Positions 41,674 through 51,968 are shown, numbered from the stretch's first letter. The stretch is DNA of 64,000 nucleotides from Myxococcota bacterium (GCA_039194325.1 JBCCWC010000013.1:1-64000), one strand, 5' to 3'. Notes: generated by a model not told the origin, from the letters alone. Numbers and translations are program-made.

Positions 41674-43974
41674 ATGAATGCAATCATAGAAACCGATCCG
41701 GTAGATTCCGTGCCTGGCTGGGAGGTCGAGCTCGCGCCGTTCCTCGAGGAGCTCGTCATCGTCTCTACGGAGGAAGCACGACTTGGCCAGCGAGTGATCC
41801 GCGCTTCCGATCCGGTCGTGATGATTCCAGACTCGTGGAAGCAATCCCCCCCGCTCGTTCATCGCATCACCTATCTCGTGTACGAGCGGGCCTACGCCAG
41901 TCGCTTCTCCTCCGAGCCGACACCACCACCGGCCATGCTCGCCGATCTCGTGGGTCCGCTGCTCGCAGCCAGCGAGCACCCGGTGCGGTGGAGCTTGGGC
42001 TGGAAGGCCGTCAGCAGCAATCAACAGGGCAAGGTGGTCGTTCAGCGGGGTGAGCAGGTCCGCGAGGTCTCGCCCCACGAGGTCGTCGTGGTCCCGGGAG
42101 CGACCGGTGAGGTTCACGTCCCCGCAGAGGTCAATTCGCTGGCGATCCAGCCCGGCTTCTGGCACGTCTTTGGCGACGCCAACCGCGGGCGATCGGTCGA
42201 TGGATTGTGTTTTCGGCTGTACTTCAACACTCGGGCCGAGCGAGCGCCTGCGCTGATCAACGCGCTCGCCACCGCGCTCAACCGGGCGAAGCTGCCATTT
42301 ACCCTCAAGACACAGACCTCGAGCGCGGGCTACCGGCGCCGTGACAGCACGGTTCTGTTCGTGTCGATCGCGCTGCGCGATCTGATCCTGGCCGCGGTCG
42401 CTCCGGTGATCGAGGCTCACCGCGACGCCCTCGACGACGACGTTCCGCTGTTCTCGCGGAAGATCGCACCCGGTGTGGGCGTTGCCGAGGATCCGGGGCG
42501 CAACGAGAGCTTCGGCATGAACCGCTCGTATCTGGTCGCGGTGGGGATCTGGAACGCGTTCGCGGCCGGGGTTCAAGACGTCAAGGGACGCCTCGACTCG
42601 ATCCGGACCGTGCTGCGCGAGGCGGGGCTCGATCCGATCGCTCCGGTCAATGAAGCCGGATCCAGCTATCGGTACGACCTGCCACCGGCTCGCGAGTTGG
42701 TCCGCCCGGTGGCGCGTGGGCGAGTCACCGACGATCTGGTTCAAGGGGCGTACGAGCTCGGGCTTCAGGTCGCCGTGGGGGCGCTCTGGGACGATGACCG
42801 CTGCACGTGGCTTCGGGACACGATGGAGCCGGTGAACGAGACGTTTGTGCCGGTGACGCGCGCGGCCGGGCCCGATCTCTACTCGGGCACGACCGGGGTT
42901 GCGCTGTTCATGGCCTGCCTGCACGAGCAGATCGCAGAGCCGGTGTTCGAAAAGACAGCACGCGGCGCGATCCGCTACGCGCTCGCTCGCCTCGAACAGA
43001 ACCCACAGATCCTCAATCAAGGGTTCTACTCGGGTCGCACGGGGCTGGCTTGGGCCCTGACTCATGTGGGCCGTCGTCTGCGCGACCCCTCCATGCGGAC
43101 GCAGGCCGAGCAAGTGCTGCGCGAGATCATCGACGCCGAGCCAGACGACGCGACCGACATCTTGAACGGAGCGGCCGGGACGATCCAGGGCCTGCTCGCC
43201 CTCGCATCCGAATTCCCGGAGCTGGACCTGGAAGGGGCGGCGGTGCGGCGAGCCGACTGGCTCATCGAGCAAGCGGTGCCCATGGGTAACGCGCTGGCCT
43301 GGAAGACGATCGACGAGAACTTGACCTCTGCGCCCCTGTGCGGCCTGTCCCACGGTACGGCAGGGATCGCACTGGCGCTCGCGGAGGTCTTTGCACGAAC
43401 GAAGATCGACAAGTATCGCGCAGCCGCGCTCAGGGGGTTTGCCTATGAGCGGATGCACTTCGACGCTCACCAGGCCAATTGGCCGGATCTGCGGAACCTC
43501 TCCGGGCAGCCGCCGCCGCAGGCCGCGGCCTCCCCCGGGTCCGCGCCGTCGCCGACCTATATGAACGCCTGGTGCCATGGGGCGGCAGGGGGGGCCCTCG
43601 CCCGCCTCCGGGCCATGCGGTTGCTCGATGACCCGACGCTCATGGCCGAGGCCAGGTCGGCGGCCAACACCGCCGCCTCCGGTCTGGTCCGTGGTGACCC
43701 GGACATGACCTACTGCCACGGAAAAACGGGCCTCTGTGAGGTTCTGGTCGCGGCCGCGGAGGCGCTCTTCGAGCCGTGGCGTCGCGACATCGCGATCGCG
43801 TTCATGCGACGCGCGGTGGCCATACACACCCACACCGACCAGCCATGGGGCTGTGGTGTTCCCAATGGAGGGGTGACTCCGGACCTGATGCTCGGGCTGT
43901 CGGGAATTGGGCTGCACCTGCTGAGGCTCGATGATGCTTCCTCTGCTCCGAATGCCCTGGTGATCACCGGCTAG
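41674..43974 (+). CDS. HopA1-like phospho-lyase fused to LanC-like cyclase
   Basis: N-half RLYFN...LK...RRDSTVLF...PLFSRKIAPGVGVAEDP...ESFGMNR; C-half DLYSGTTG, LSHG, WCHG, YCHG, LMLGLSG. Confidence 0.88.
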   Translation: MNAIIETDPVDSVPGWEVELAPFLEELVIVSTEEARLGQRVIRASDPVVMIPDSWKQSPPLVHRITYLVYERAYASRFSSEPTPPPAMLADLVGPLLAASEHPVRWSLGWKAVSSNQQGKVVVQRGEQVREVSPHEVVVVPGATGEVHVPAEVNSLAIQPGFWHVFGDANRGRSVDGLCFRLYFNTRAERAPALINALATALNRAKLPFTLKTQTSSAGYRRRDSTVLFVSIALRDLILAAVAPVIEAHRDALDDDVPLFSRKIAPGVGVAEDPGRNESFGMNRSYLVAVGIWNAFAAGVQDVKGRLDSIRTVLREAGLDPIAPVNEAGSSYRYDLPPARELVRPVARGRVTDDLVQGAYELGLQVAVGALWDDDRCTWLRDTMEPVNETFVPVTRAAGPDLYSGTTGVALFMACLHEQIAEPVFEKTARGAIRYALARLEQNPQILNQGFYSGRTGLAWALTHVGRRLRDPSMRTQAEQVLREIIDAEPDDATDILNGAAGTIQGLLALASEFPELDLEGAAVRRADWLIEQAVPMGNALAWKTIDENLTSAPLCGLSHGTAGIALALAEVFARTKIDKYRAAALRGFAYERMHFDAHQANWPDLRNLSGQPPPQAAASPGSAPSPTYMNAWCHGAAGGALARLRAMRLLDDPTLMAEARSAANTAASGLVRGDPDMTYCHGKTGLCEVLVAAAEALFEPWRRDIAIAFMRRAVAIHTHTDQPWGCGVPNGGVTPDLMLGLSGIGLHLLRLDDASSAPNALVITG

Positions 43975-44016
43975 CGCTTCGGGTCCTCGCCTCTCGTCAC
44001 ATGTACAGGAGTTTGC

Positions 44017-45612
44017 ATGGCTAAAGTCATCGTCTCTCATCGTCTCGCCGGCCGTCGCACGACCAAGGCAGCCTCTCACGTCCAGCGCAAGGTCAAATAT
44101 CTTCACAACCTCTCGACCGTATCGGAGCAGACCGCCCGCAAGGCCCCGGAGGCCGACGAGGTCACCCGGATCTGCGACCGCAACGTCGCGACGATCGACG
44201 AAGAACAGCTCGGAGACAAGCGGTCGCTCTTTGCGGACGACGATGACCTCATCGTCGAGGAAGACGTAGAGCTCGAGCATCCCCGCTTGGGACGCGAGTT
44301 CCTCGCTCGCCTGCTCGTGGACGAGATCTCTTCGCCGGAGGAGTCAGATTCCGATATGGTCTCGTTCTCGCCCGAGACCCCCAAGAAGCCGCCCAAGCAC
44401 CTCGAGCCCCGCAAAAAGGCCGGGACGTTCCACGTTCGCATCACCGGCGCGGACGGGGGGCAGGTCCGCGGCGAGGCCAGCTTCACGATCATCCGGGACC
44501 AGAAGCCCAAGACCCTGGTCTCCCCGATCGACGCTGATGGCTCCACTGCGATCGCGCTGCAGGCCGGCGACTCCTCGGTGCTCGCGATACAGATCAAGCC
44601 GGCCGGCGGCTACTTCAAGTCCGTCGCCCGAACGCCGAAAGAGGGACAGGCGGTCGAGCTGCCGCCGCTGTCGATGAAGGGCCCCCTGGCGTGGTGGCAC
44701 GAAGCGATGGGGATCACTCAGCTCGACATGACGCTCGGCGCGGGGATCCGAGTCGGGGTCATCGACATGGGCATCGGCCCGAACGCCGCACTCACGCACG
44801 TTGTCTCCCTGGGCTCGCTGCTCAGCGGCCGCCTCGACCCACACGGTGGGGCGGATGTCAGCGGTCACGGCTCGATGGTGACGGGCCTCATCGGGGCCCG
44901 CCCGACGCTCACGGGAGGCTACGTGGGGGCCGCGCCCGCGGCCCAGGTGTTCTCTATTCGCGTCTATCCCAGCGAGGACGGGTCGGCCATGCTCAGCGAC
45001 ATCGCCCAGGCGATCGAGCTGCTCTCCGAGCGCTATGCCTGCGATCTCATCAACATGAGCCTGGCGACACCGGGGTTCTCGGCGCTGCTCGAGGACGCCA
45101 TCGTGGATGCGTTCGAGGGGGGAACGCTTTGTGTGGTCTCGACCGGAAACTACAAGGGCCCGGTGCGTCAGCCGGCCGCGCTCGACCAGACGGTCGCGGT
45201 CGGTGCGGTGGGCAAACAGGGCTGGGCGCCAGCCGGGACCGAGGCCGAGATCTTCAGCGAGATCACCGACTCCACGCTGGTCTCTCCGAAGGGCTTGTTC
45301 TTCGGGGAGAAGTTCAGCGATCGGGGAGAACAGGTCACCTGTGCGGCCCCCGGGATCGGGATCATCTCTACGCTTCCGAGTCCCGAGGCAGGCGAGATCT
45401 ACGGGGACGACACGGGGACATCACTCGCGTGTCCCCTGGTGACCGGCCTGCTCGCAGCCAAGCTCTCTCGCGATGCCGCCTACCTGCGTATGCCTCGCGG
45501 GGTAGCCAAGGTTCAACGGGCGCTCCTACAGCTGCAATCAAGTGCCAATAAGCTGGCTTACCCGATGACCAACACGGGGATCGGCATACCTCGTTTGACC
45601 ACGACACGCTGA
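44017..45612 (+). CDS. S8 subtilisin-family serine protease without signal peptide
   Basis: Catalytic triad VIDMG, HGSMVTG, GTSLACP; INMSL, TGN. Confidence 0.92.
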   Translation: MAKVIVSHRLAGRRTTKAASHVQRKVKYLHNLSTVSEQTARKAPEADEVTRICDRNVATIDEEQLGDKRSLFADDDDLIVEEDVELEHPRLGREFLARLLVDEISSPEESDSDMVSFSPETPKKPPKHLEPRKKAGTFHVRITGADGGQVRGEASFTIIRDQKPKTLVSPIDADGSTAIALQAGDSSVLAIQIKPAGGYFKSVARTPKEGQAVELPPLSMKGPLAWWHEAMGITQLDMTLGAGIRVGVIDMGIGPNAALTHVVSLGSLLSGRLDPHGGADVSGHGSMVTGLIGARPTLTGGYVGAAPAAQVFSIRVYPSEDGSAMLSDIAQAIELLSERYACDLINMSLATPGFSALLEDAIVDAFEGGTLCVVSTGNYKGPVRQPAALDQTVAVGAVGKQGWAPAGTEAEIFSEITDSTLVSPKGLFFGEKFSDRGEQVTCAAPGIGIISTLPSPEAGEIYGDDTGTSLACPLVTGLLAAKLSRDAAYLRMPRGVAKVQRALLQLQSSANKLAYPMTNTGIGIPRLTTTR

Positions 45613-45660
45613 TGTTCAGCGTTCACCCGTAGAACCACTCACGAACAGAGAGAACAAGAC

Positions 45661-46308
45661 ATGTACCCATACCCGTACCCAGCACCAACAATGGTGCCTT
45701 TGTGCCCCGCGTTTACACAGATGATGTTTTCGAACCCCCCAGTTTGCGCCCCGGCTCAGGTCCAGGCGGCTCCGGGATTTCAGGCCCAGGCGGCTCCGGG
45801 AGCTCAGGCCCAGGGCATCACGCCTACGCTCGTGATCGCAGGTACCGCGTTGACGGGGCTGTTGTCGAATCCACCGCTCTGCGCGGGGGCTGCCCCCCAG
45901 GCGGCAGCGCTCCCCCAGGCGGCTCCGGGAGCTCAGGCCCAGGGCATCACGCCTACGCTCGTGATCGCAGGCACCGCGTTGACGGGGCTGTTGTCGAATC
46001 CACCGCTCTGCGCGGGGGCTGCCCCCCAAGCGGCAGCGCTCCCCCAGGCGGCGCCCGTCGCTCAAGCTCAGTGCAGCATTCCCACGTGGATCGGTTGCAC
46101 GATCTCTGACTGCACGATCGCAGGCTGCACCATCTTCTTCTGCGGGGCTCAGGCCCAGGCGGCGCCCGTACCACTTGCTCAGAATCCGGTGGGCCAGGCC
46201 CAGGCCCAGACGGTGACGCCACTGACGCTGGGGACACTCGTGGTTACCCAGGTTCCCCCGTATACGACGTACTGCACTAAGGCGACCGGCCTCCCGGTTG
46301 TTTGCTGA
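45661..46308 (+). CDS. Putative multi-core RiPP precursor
   Basis: Almost uncharged 215 aa; Thr/Ser/Cys-rich cassettes separated by AAP..AQAQ spacers; directly downstream of the protease. Confidence 0.75.
   Translation: MYPYPYPAPTMVPLCPAFTQMMFSNPPVCAPAQVQAAPGFQAQAAPGAQAQGITPTLVIAGTALTGLLSNPPLCAGAAPQAAALPQAAPGAQAQGITPTLVIAGTALTGLLSNPPLCAGAAPQAAALPQAAPVAQAQCSIPTWIGCTISDCTIAGCTIFFCGAQAQAAPVPLAQNPVGQAQAQTVTPLTLGTLVVTQVPPYTTYCTKATGLPVVC
45787..46052 (+). repeat. 129-bp near-perfect tandem duplication of one spacer+core cassette
   Basis: Copies start at 45787 and 45916 and encode identical 43-aa units. Confidence 0.92.
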
Positions 46309-46657
46309 CAATCAACAATCATCCTGGGCGGCGGGTTCCTTCGGGGAGCCCGTCGCCCACCCCCACTGGACCTCGCTCGCCGCGGGCCTGCGACGACCCA
46401 CACCGGTCGCGGGACTGGCGCAGGCCCTCACTCCGAGCCTCGACGCCTGGCGCGCGACCATGCCTGAGCGCCGACTTCCCACGGCGCAATTTCGCTCATC
46501 GGCCTTTTCGTGAAGGATCCTCGACGAACCGACAGTAACTCCCCAGAGCGCGCCATGACGCCTTTTTACGGGCGTTTTCGCCAGGTGGCCGATGTAGGTG
46601 CGCGTGGTAAGGTTTCGACCCAGGGGGAGCTGCGGCGGTCACGCCGAGGAGAGATCT

Positions 46658-48391
46658 ATGGGGAGGATTGCTCGCGATGACGAGTGGCGATGGGGCTGGG
46701 CGCTGACGGCCCTGCTGGTAGCCACCACGGGCTGCTACGACGGCCCCGAGGGCCGAGAGCCTGGAGCCCTCGACGGAAGCGGATCGGACTCGTCCGATCC
46801 GGGGGACGACAGCGCCGACGATGGCTCCACCGAAGAGCCCCTGGTGGTCGACCCGGCCCCGGCCGTGCTGCCGCGGCTGACCGCCGCGCAGTACCGCAAC
46901 AGCGTGGAGCAGCTGCTCGGACCCGGGCTGCCCGCGGTCTCGCTCGAGCCCGACACCAATCCCTATCTATTCTTCAACATCGGGGCCGCCACCACCACGC
47001 TCTCGGAGCTGGGCACCCAGCAGTACGAGGAAGCGGCGGACGAGATCACCCGGCTTCTCTTCGACGACCCCGACCGGCGCCTGACCCTCACCGGCTGTGA
47101 GCCGGTCGCCCCCGGCGATCAGTGCGTACAGGGCTTCTTGGAGGACTTTGGCCGTCGCGCCTACCGGCGCCCGCTGGCGTCCGATGAGCTGGCCCGCTGG
47201 CAGCAGATCACCGTCGACCTGGCCGCGGGCGACGCCTGGGAGGGCTTGCGGCTGGCGGTGGCCGGCATGCTGCAATCACCCAACTTCCTCTATCGGGTGG
47301 AGCTAGGCGAGCCCGACCCCGACGACCCCGACACGCTGCGCTACACGGGCTTCGAGATGGCCAGCCGGCTGTCGTTCTTGCTGTGGAACGTCACCCCCGA
47401 CGACGACTTGCTCGACGCGGCCCAGGCCGGTGAGCTGCTCGACCCCGACAGCCTGCGGGAGCACGCCGAGCGGATGCTCGCCGATCCGCGGGCCAGCTCG
47501 GCGGTGCAGGAGTTCTTCGCGCAGTACTTCGACCTGGGGCGCCTCAAGGGAGTGACCCGCGACATCGAGGACTACCCGCTGTTCGCCGACACGCTGCCGC
47601 AGTCCATGCGCACCGAGGTGCAGCTATTGGTCGACGACTTCGTGTTCCGCCGCGACGCCGACATCCGCGGGATCTTCGGCACGCGCAACACCTTCGTCAA
47701 CGAGGAGCTGGCGGCCCTCTACGGGGTGGAGGCTCCCGGCGCCTCGCCGATCTCCTTCGTACCGGTGGAGCTGCCCGCCGACGGGCCGCGGGCGGGGCTC
47801 TTGACCCTGGGCGCCTTCCTCACCATGAACGCCCACGAGTCCGAGCCTTCGCCCACCCTGCGCGGCAAGTACCTGCGCGAGCGGGTGCTGTGCCAGTCTG
47901 TCCCCGCGCCGCCGGACGACGTGGACACCAACATCCCCGAGGACGGGGGCGAGGCCAAGACCCTGCGCGAGCGCCTCGAGCAGCACATGTCCGATCCGGT
48001 GTGCGCGGCCTGTCACAAATTCATCGATCCACCCGGGTTCCTGTTCGAGAACTTCGACTCGATCGGGGCCTACCGCGACGTCGAGCCGAGCGGCCATCCG
48101 ATCGACGCCAGCGGTGACCTCGACGGCATACCGCTGGCCAACGCCACCGAGCTGGGGCCGTTGCTCGTCGAGGATCCCCAGGTCGGCCGGTGCGTGGTCA
48201 CCCAGCTGTTCCGGCACGCCCAGGGTCGCCTCGAGCTGGAACGAGAGCACGACATCATCACCGATCTCGACCAGCGCTTTGCCGACGAGGACTATCGCTT
48301 CAAGGAGCTGCTGATGCTCCTGGTCACCCACGAGGGCTTCCGAACCCTGGCTCCACAAGAGCAGACCGAACCGACGGAGGAGGGAGAATGA
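46658..48391 (+). CDS. DUF1592-family lipoprotein (DUF1587/1595/1592/1588/1585 architecture)
   Basis: Lipobox TTGC, RLTAAQYRN, AYRRPL, SPNFLYR, ASRLSFLLW, SPTLRG, CAACH. Confidence 0.9.
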   Translation: MGRIARDDEWRWGWALTALLVATTGCYDGPEGREPGALDGSGSDSSDPGDDSADDGSTEEPLVVDPAPAVLPRLTAAQYRNSVEQLLGPGLPAVSLEPDTNPYLFFNIGAATTTLSELGTQQYEEAADEITRLLFDDPDRRLTLTGCEPVAPGDQCVQGFLEDFGRRAYRRPLASDELARWQQITVDLAAGDAWEGLRLAVAGMLQSPNFLYRVELGEPDPDDPDTLRYTGFEMASRLSFLLWNVTPDDDLLDAAQAGELLDPDSLREHAERMLADPRASSAVQEFFAQYFDLGRLKGVTRDIEDYPLFADTLPQSMRTEVQLLVDDFVFRRDADIRGIFGTRNTFVNEELAALYGVEAPGASPISFVPVELPADGPRAGLLTLGAFLTMNAHESEPSPTLRGKYLRERVLCQSVPAPPDDVDTNIPEDGGEAKTLRERLEQHMSDPVCAACHKFIDPPGFLFENFDSIGAYRDVEPSGHPIDASGDLDGIPLANATELGPLLVEDPQVGRCVVTQLFRHAQGRLELEREHDIITDLDQRFADEDYRFKELLMLLVTHEGFRTLAPQEQTEPTEEGE

Positions 48392-49755
48392 GCCGCACGC
48401 ACCTGTCCCGACGCACGCTGCTGCGGGGGGTCGCCGGAGGCGCGACCGTCTCGCTGGCTCTGCCCCCGCTCGAGGCCATGCTGGGCACCCACGGCGCCCG
48501 GGCTGAGAGCGCCGACGATCAGCCGATCTTCGGGATCTTTTTTTGGGCCAACGGCACCCCGTGGCACGCCGGTCACGGCGCCCAGCAGGGCGAGGGAGGC
48601 CACCCCGATCTGTGGACCCCAGCCACCACCGGGGCCGGATATGCACCCAGCGAGCTGCTGATGCCGCTGGCCGCCCACGAGGTCAGCGTGGTCACCGGCC
48701 TCGAGCCCAAGACCGAGATCCCGCCTCAGCCCCCCGGCCAGGCCGACGGCCACATGCGCGGGTTCATGGTGGCGCTGACCTCCGACCGGATCCGCCCCGA
48801 GGGCTTCGATCACCCCTCGCACACGCTGACCGCCCTGCGCCCCAGCCTCGATCAATACGTCGCCAAGCACGAGCAGTTCTACGGCAGCGAGGTGCCGCGC
48901 TTCCGCTCGCTGGTGCTCGGTGTGTCCGAGGCCCGCTTTCACGACTACGGGCACTGGAACGCGATCTCCTACAACGGGCCCGACTCGCTCAACCTCCCGG
49001 TCAGCAACCCCGCGCAGCTCTACGACCTGCTGTTCGACGTGCCGGCCGACACCACGCAGCTGGAGAACCGGGCCCAGCTACTCGACGCGGTGCTAGAAGA
49101 CGCCAACTCGCTGCGCGCGCGCCTGGGCGCCGCCGACAAGATCCGGCTCGACGAGCACCTTGGCCACCTCGACGAGATCCAGCGGCGCCTCGAGCTTTCG
49201 ATCGCCGCCTGCGAGGACCCGGGGGCCCCCGGCGCCTCGGAGGATCTGCTCGCCAAGACCGAGCTGATGGCCCAGCTGCTCGCGCGGGGCCTGTCGTGCG
49301 GCCTGACCCGTGTGTTCAGCTTCATGCTGACCTCGCCGGCCACCACCCACGTGTTCTCCAACCTCGGCGTGCCCGACGGCATGCACAAGACCTGCCACGA
49401 CGGGTTCTGGAACCGGATCCGCGACATCACCGAGTACCACATGCAGTGCTTCGCCCGGTTCCTCGACGTGATGGCGGAGACGGTAGATCCCACCGGGCTG
49501 TCCCTGCTCGACCGCATGCTGTGCTTTGGCACCTCCGAGTACGGCGAGGGCTGGCAGCACGGCAACCGGGAGCACCCGATCCTCTTCGCCGGCCGGGCCT
49601 GCGGAGCGATCAACGCGGGCGTGCACCAGCGGGTGCCCCAGGGCAACGTCAGCACGGCGCACGTGACCCTGCTGCGCGCGCTGGGGATCGAGACCCCAAG
49701 CTACGGGTTCAACGGCGGTGAGACGAGCGACGATCTCTCCGAGATCCTCGCGTAG
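48388..49755 (+). CDS. DUF1552-family protein
   Basis: ATGA-coupled to DUF1592 gene; Tat-like SRRTLLRG, LPPLEAM, SLDQ, CGLTRVFS, SEYG..H. Confidence 0.88.
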   Translation: MSRTHLSRRTLLRGVAGGATVSLALPPLEAMLGTHGARAESADDQPIFGIFFWANGTPWHAGHGAQQGEGGHPDLWTPATTGAGYAPSELLMPLAAHEVSVVTGLEPKTEIPPQPPGQADGHMRGFMVALTSDRIRPEGFDHPSHTLTALRPSLDQYVAKHEQFYGSEVPRFRSLVLGVSEARFHDYGHWNAISYNGPDSLNLPVSNPAQLYDLLFDVPADTTQLENRAQLLDAVLEDANSLRARLGAADKIRLDEHLGHLDEIQRRLELSIAACEDPGAPGASEDLLAKTELMAQLLARGLSCGLTRVFSFMLTSPATTHVFSNLGVPDGMHKTCHDGFWNRIRDITEYHMQCFARFLDVMAETVDPTGLSLLDRMLCFGTSEYGEGWQHGNREHPILFAGRACGAINAGVHQRVPQGNVSTAHVTLLRALGIETPSYGFNGGETSDDLSEILA

Positions 49756-50797
49756 GCACGCGCCCGCACCAGCGGGCCGGCTACGAGGTCGCGCCCTCGG
49801 GCTCGCTGCGGGTGCGCTGGGGTTGGGCCTAGGCCTGAGCTTGGGCCTGGGCTTGGGCCTGACCGGCTGCGGCAACGATGGCTCGGGGGGCGACGGCAAC
49901 GACGACAGCGCCGGACTAGGCCCCACCGGCGGTAACCCGAGCAGCGACGAGGGCAGCGGCAGCGGCGGCAGCGGGACCGGCCCCGACGGGGACGAGACCA
50001 GCGAGCCACCGCCGCCCGAGTGTGCCGCGGACGAAGTCGCCTGTGGCAGCTTGTGCACCGATCTACAGACCGACCCCGGCAACTGTGGGCAGTGCGGCCG
50101 CAGCTGCGTGATCCCCCAGGCCACCGCGGCCTGCATAGCGGGCGAGTGCGCGCTGGCGACCTGCGACCCCGGCTTCAGCGATTGCGACGGCCAGATCGCC
50201 TCGGGCTGCGAGACTCCCCTCGACTGCCAGGAGGGCAGCACCTGCGAGACCAGCTGTGGCTCGATGGGCACGCTCGATTGCACCGACGCCTGTGCCTCCG
50301 CCGGCGATCCGATCTGCACGGCCCCGGCCGAGCTCTGCAACGTGATCGACGACGATTGCGACGGGGTCTGCGACCAGGGCCCGCTGCCCGGCTGCCGGGT
50401 GGGCGTGCACCGCTCCAACAGCCCCACCCTCGGGCACTACTACACCACCGATCTGGCCGAGGCGCAGAGCGGTGATCTCAACCTCGAGGCCCAGGACTAC
50501 TTCTACCTCTATGGCCCCGGCGTGGAGGGGCTACAGCCCTTCTTTCGCTGCATCAAGCCCAACGGCAAGCGCTGGATGACCACCTCGACCGATTGCGAGG
50601 GCACGGCCGCCCCCGAGCTGACGGTGGGCTTCATCTCGATGGACGAGCGCTGCGGCGCCACCCCGCTCTATCGCCTGCTCAACGCTGGACCCGACGCCCA
50701 CTTCTATACGACCAGCGCGGCCGAGCGAGACAACGCGATCAACAACATCGGGTTTGTCGACGAAGGGATCGCGGGATATATCTGGTCGGGGCCGTAG
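49718..50797 (+). CDS. Cys-rich lipoprotein with C-terminal DUF5648-like domain
   Basis: Lipobox LTGC; DPGNCGQCG and ELCNVIDDDCDG repeats; HYYT, PLYRL, HFYTTSAAER. Start uncertain. Confidence 0.75.
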   Translation: MRRATISPRSSRRHAPAPAGRLRGRALGLAAGALGLGLGLSLGLGLGLTGCGNDGSGGDGNDDSAGLGPTGGNPSSDEGSGSGGSGTGPDGDETSEPPPPECAADEVACGSLCTDLQTDPGNCGQCGRSCVIPQATAACIAGECALATCDPGFSDCDGQIASGCETPLDCQEGSTCETSCGSMGTLDCTDACASAGDPICTAPAELCNVIDDDCDGVCDQGPLPGCRVGVHRSNSPTLGHYYTTDLAEAQSGDLNLEAQDYFYLYGPGVEGLQPFFRCIKPNGKRWMTTSTDCEGTAAPELTVGFISMDERCGATPLYRLLNAGPDAHFYTTSAAERDNAINNIGFVDEGIAGYIWSGP

Positions 50798-50852
50798 CAC
50801 CAAGGCGGCCTCGTGCTTCTCGCCAGAAGTTCATGCCGGGCTGGACGCGGAT

Positions 50853-51686
50853 CTATGCGCTGACGTCGACCCCAGGAGCGAGGGCGGGGCGTTCGGGCGC
50901 CGGCAGGGCGCGGCCTGGCTGGCGGATGCTCCGGATCCGCTCGACGAGCGCTCGGGCGCCGACCCGACCCATGAACACGAAGTTGCCCACCCAGTAGCGC
51001 TTCCACATACGCCGGGGCTCTTGCCAGAAGCGATAGACCCACTCCAGGCCCGCCCGTCGCATCCACCGAGGCGCCCGCGGCATGTTGCCCGAGAAGAAAT
51101 CAAACAGGCCGCCGACGCCCAGCGCTACCGTGACCCCGGTGGCCTCGATGTGCTCGGCGATCCATTTTTCCTGCACCGGAGCGCCCATGGCGACGAACAA
51201 GACGTCGGCTCCGCTGCTGCGGATCTTCGCGGTGACCTCCTCAGAGCGCGTGCGATCGAAGTATCCGTGGTGGACGCCACAGACGGTCAGCCCCGGGTGC
51301 GTGGCCGCGAGCCATTGCTGGACCTTCCGGGCGACCCCGGGGCGAGCGCCGAGCAAGAACACCCGGTGACCGGATCGGGCCAAGCGCTCGCAAGCGAGCG
51401 GGAAAAGATCGGTACCGTTGACGTTGTCGCGGACGGGCGTGCCCAGCAACCAACCCGCGATGCGCATCCCGATCCCGTCAGCGAACACCAGATCGGCCTG
51501 CTGGAGCGTGCGTCGGTACTCGGGATCGCGGTGGCTGATATTGACGCAATCGGCGTTGAGGAACATCAGCTGCGTGCGGGTCCGGGTCGCGAGGCGCTCC
51601 TCGAGCAAGCGCAACGCGTCGGCCATAGTGACATTGTCGACGGGTAGTCCGCAGACGTTGAGGGAGAGCGATGGATGCTGGCTCAT
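50853..51686 (-). CDS. WecB/TagA/CpsF family glycosyltransferase
   Basis: ADGIG, NVNGTD, FLLG, HHGYF, VAMGAPVQE, GVGGLFDF, RAP, LEW.YR..QEPRR..RY. Confidence 0.93.
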   Translation of the reverse strand: MSQHPSLSLNVCGLPVDNVTMADALRLLEERLATRTRTQLMFLNADCVNISHRDPEYRRTLQQADLVFADGIGMRIAGWLLGTPVRDNVNGTDLFPLACERLARSGHRVFLLGARPGVARKVQQWLAATHPGLTVCGVHHGYFDRTRSEEVTAKIRSSGADVLFVAMGAPVQEKWIAEHIEATGVTVALGVGGLFDFFSGNMPRAPRWMRRAGLEWVYRFWQEPRRMWKRYWVGNFVFMGRVGARALVERIRSIRQPGRALPAPERPALAPGVDVSA

Positions 51687-51876
51687 GAGGATCCTACCTG
51701 ACAGTGGAAAGATGGACGACGAAGGCTGGACCATCGCTCGGCCGCCCCCTTGGCGGATCGATCGATGGGCGTCAGCAACCCCGAGATGACAGAGCGACCA
51801 GCCAACGATGGCGTGTCGCGCGGGCGTTGCTCCTAAAGTCGGACTTTTGCCCGCCTTGATTGCGACGATCGGAAAA
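51674..51876 (-). repeat. Copy 1 of ~200-bp duplicated leader/promoter
   Basis: Highly similar to 53027-53229 (offset 1353), covering the upstream region and first codons MSQH. Confidence 0.88.
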
Positions 51877-51968
51877 TTGCCAACAGAGCGCGAGGATCGT
51901 GCTCCGGGCAAGGTCGGGCATTAGAGCCACCCGCCCCGCCACTCATTGTGAACCTGGGGCGTCGGGGG

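Noticed and set aside
41359..44280. 973-aa minus-strand ORF
   Set aside because: Antisense shadow of the HopA1-LanC gene, typical of high-GC DNA; no recognisable motifs.
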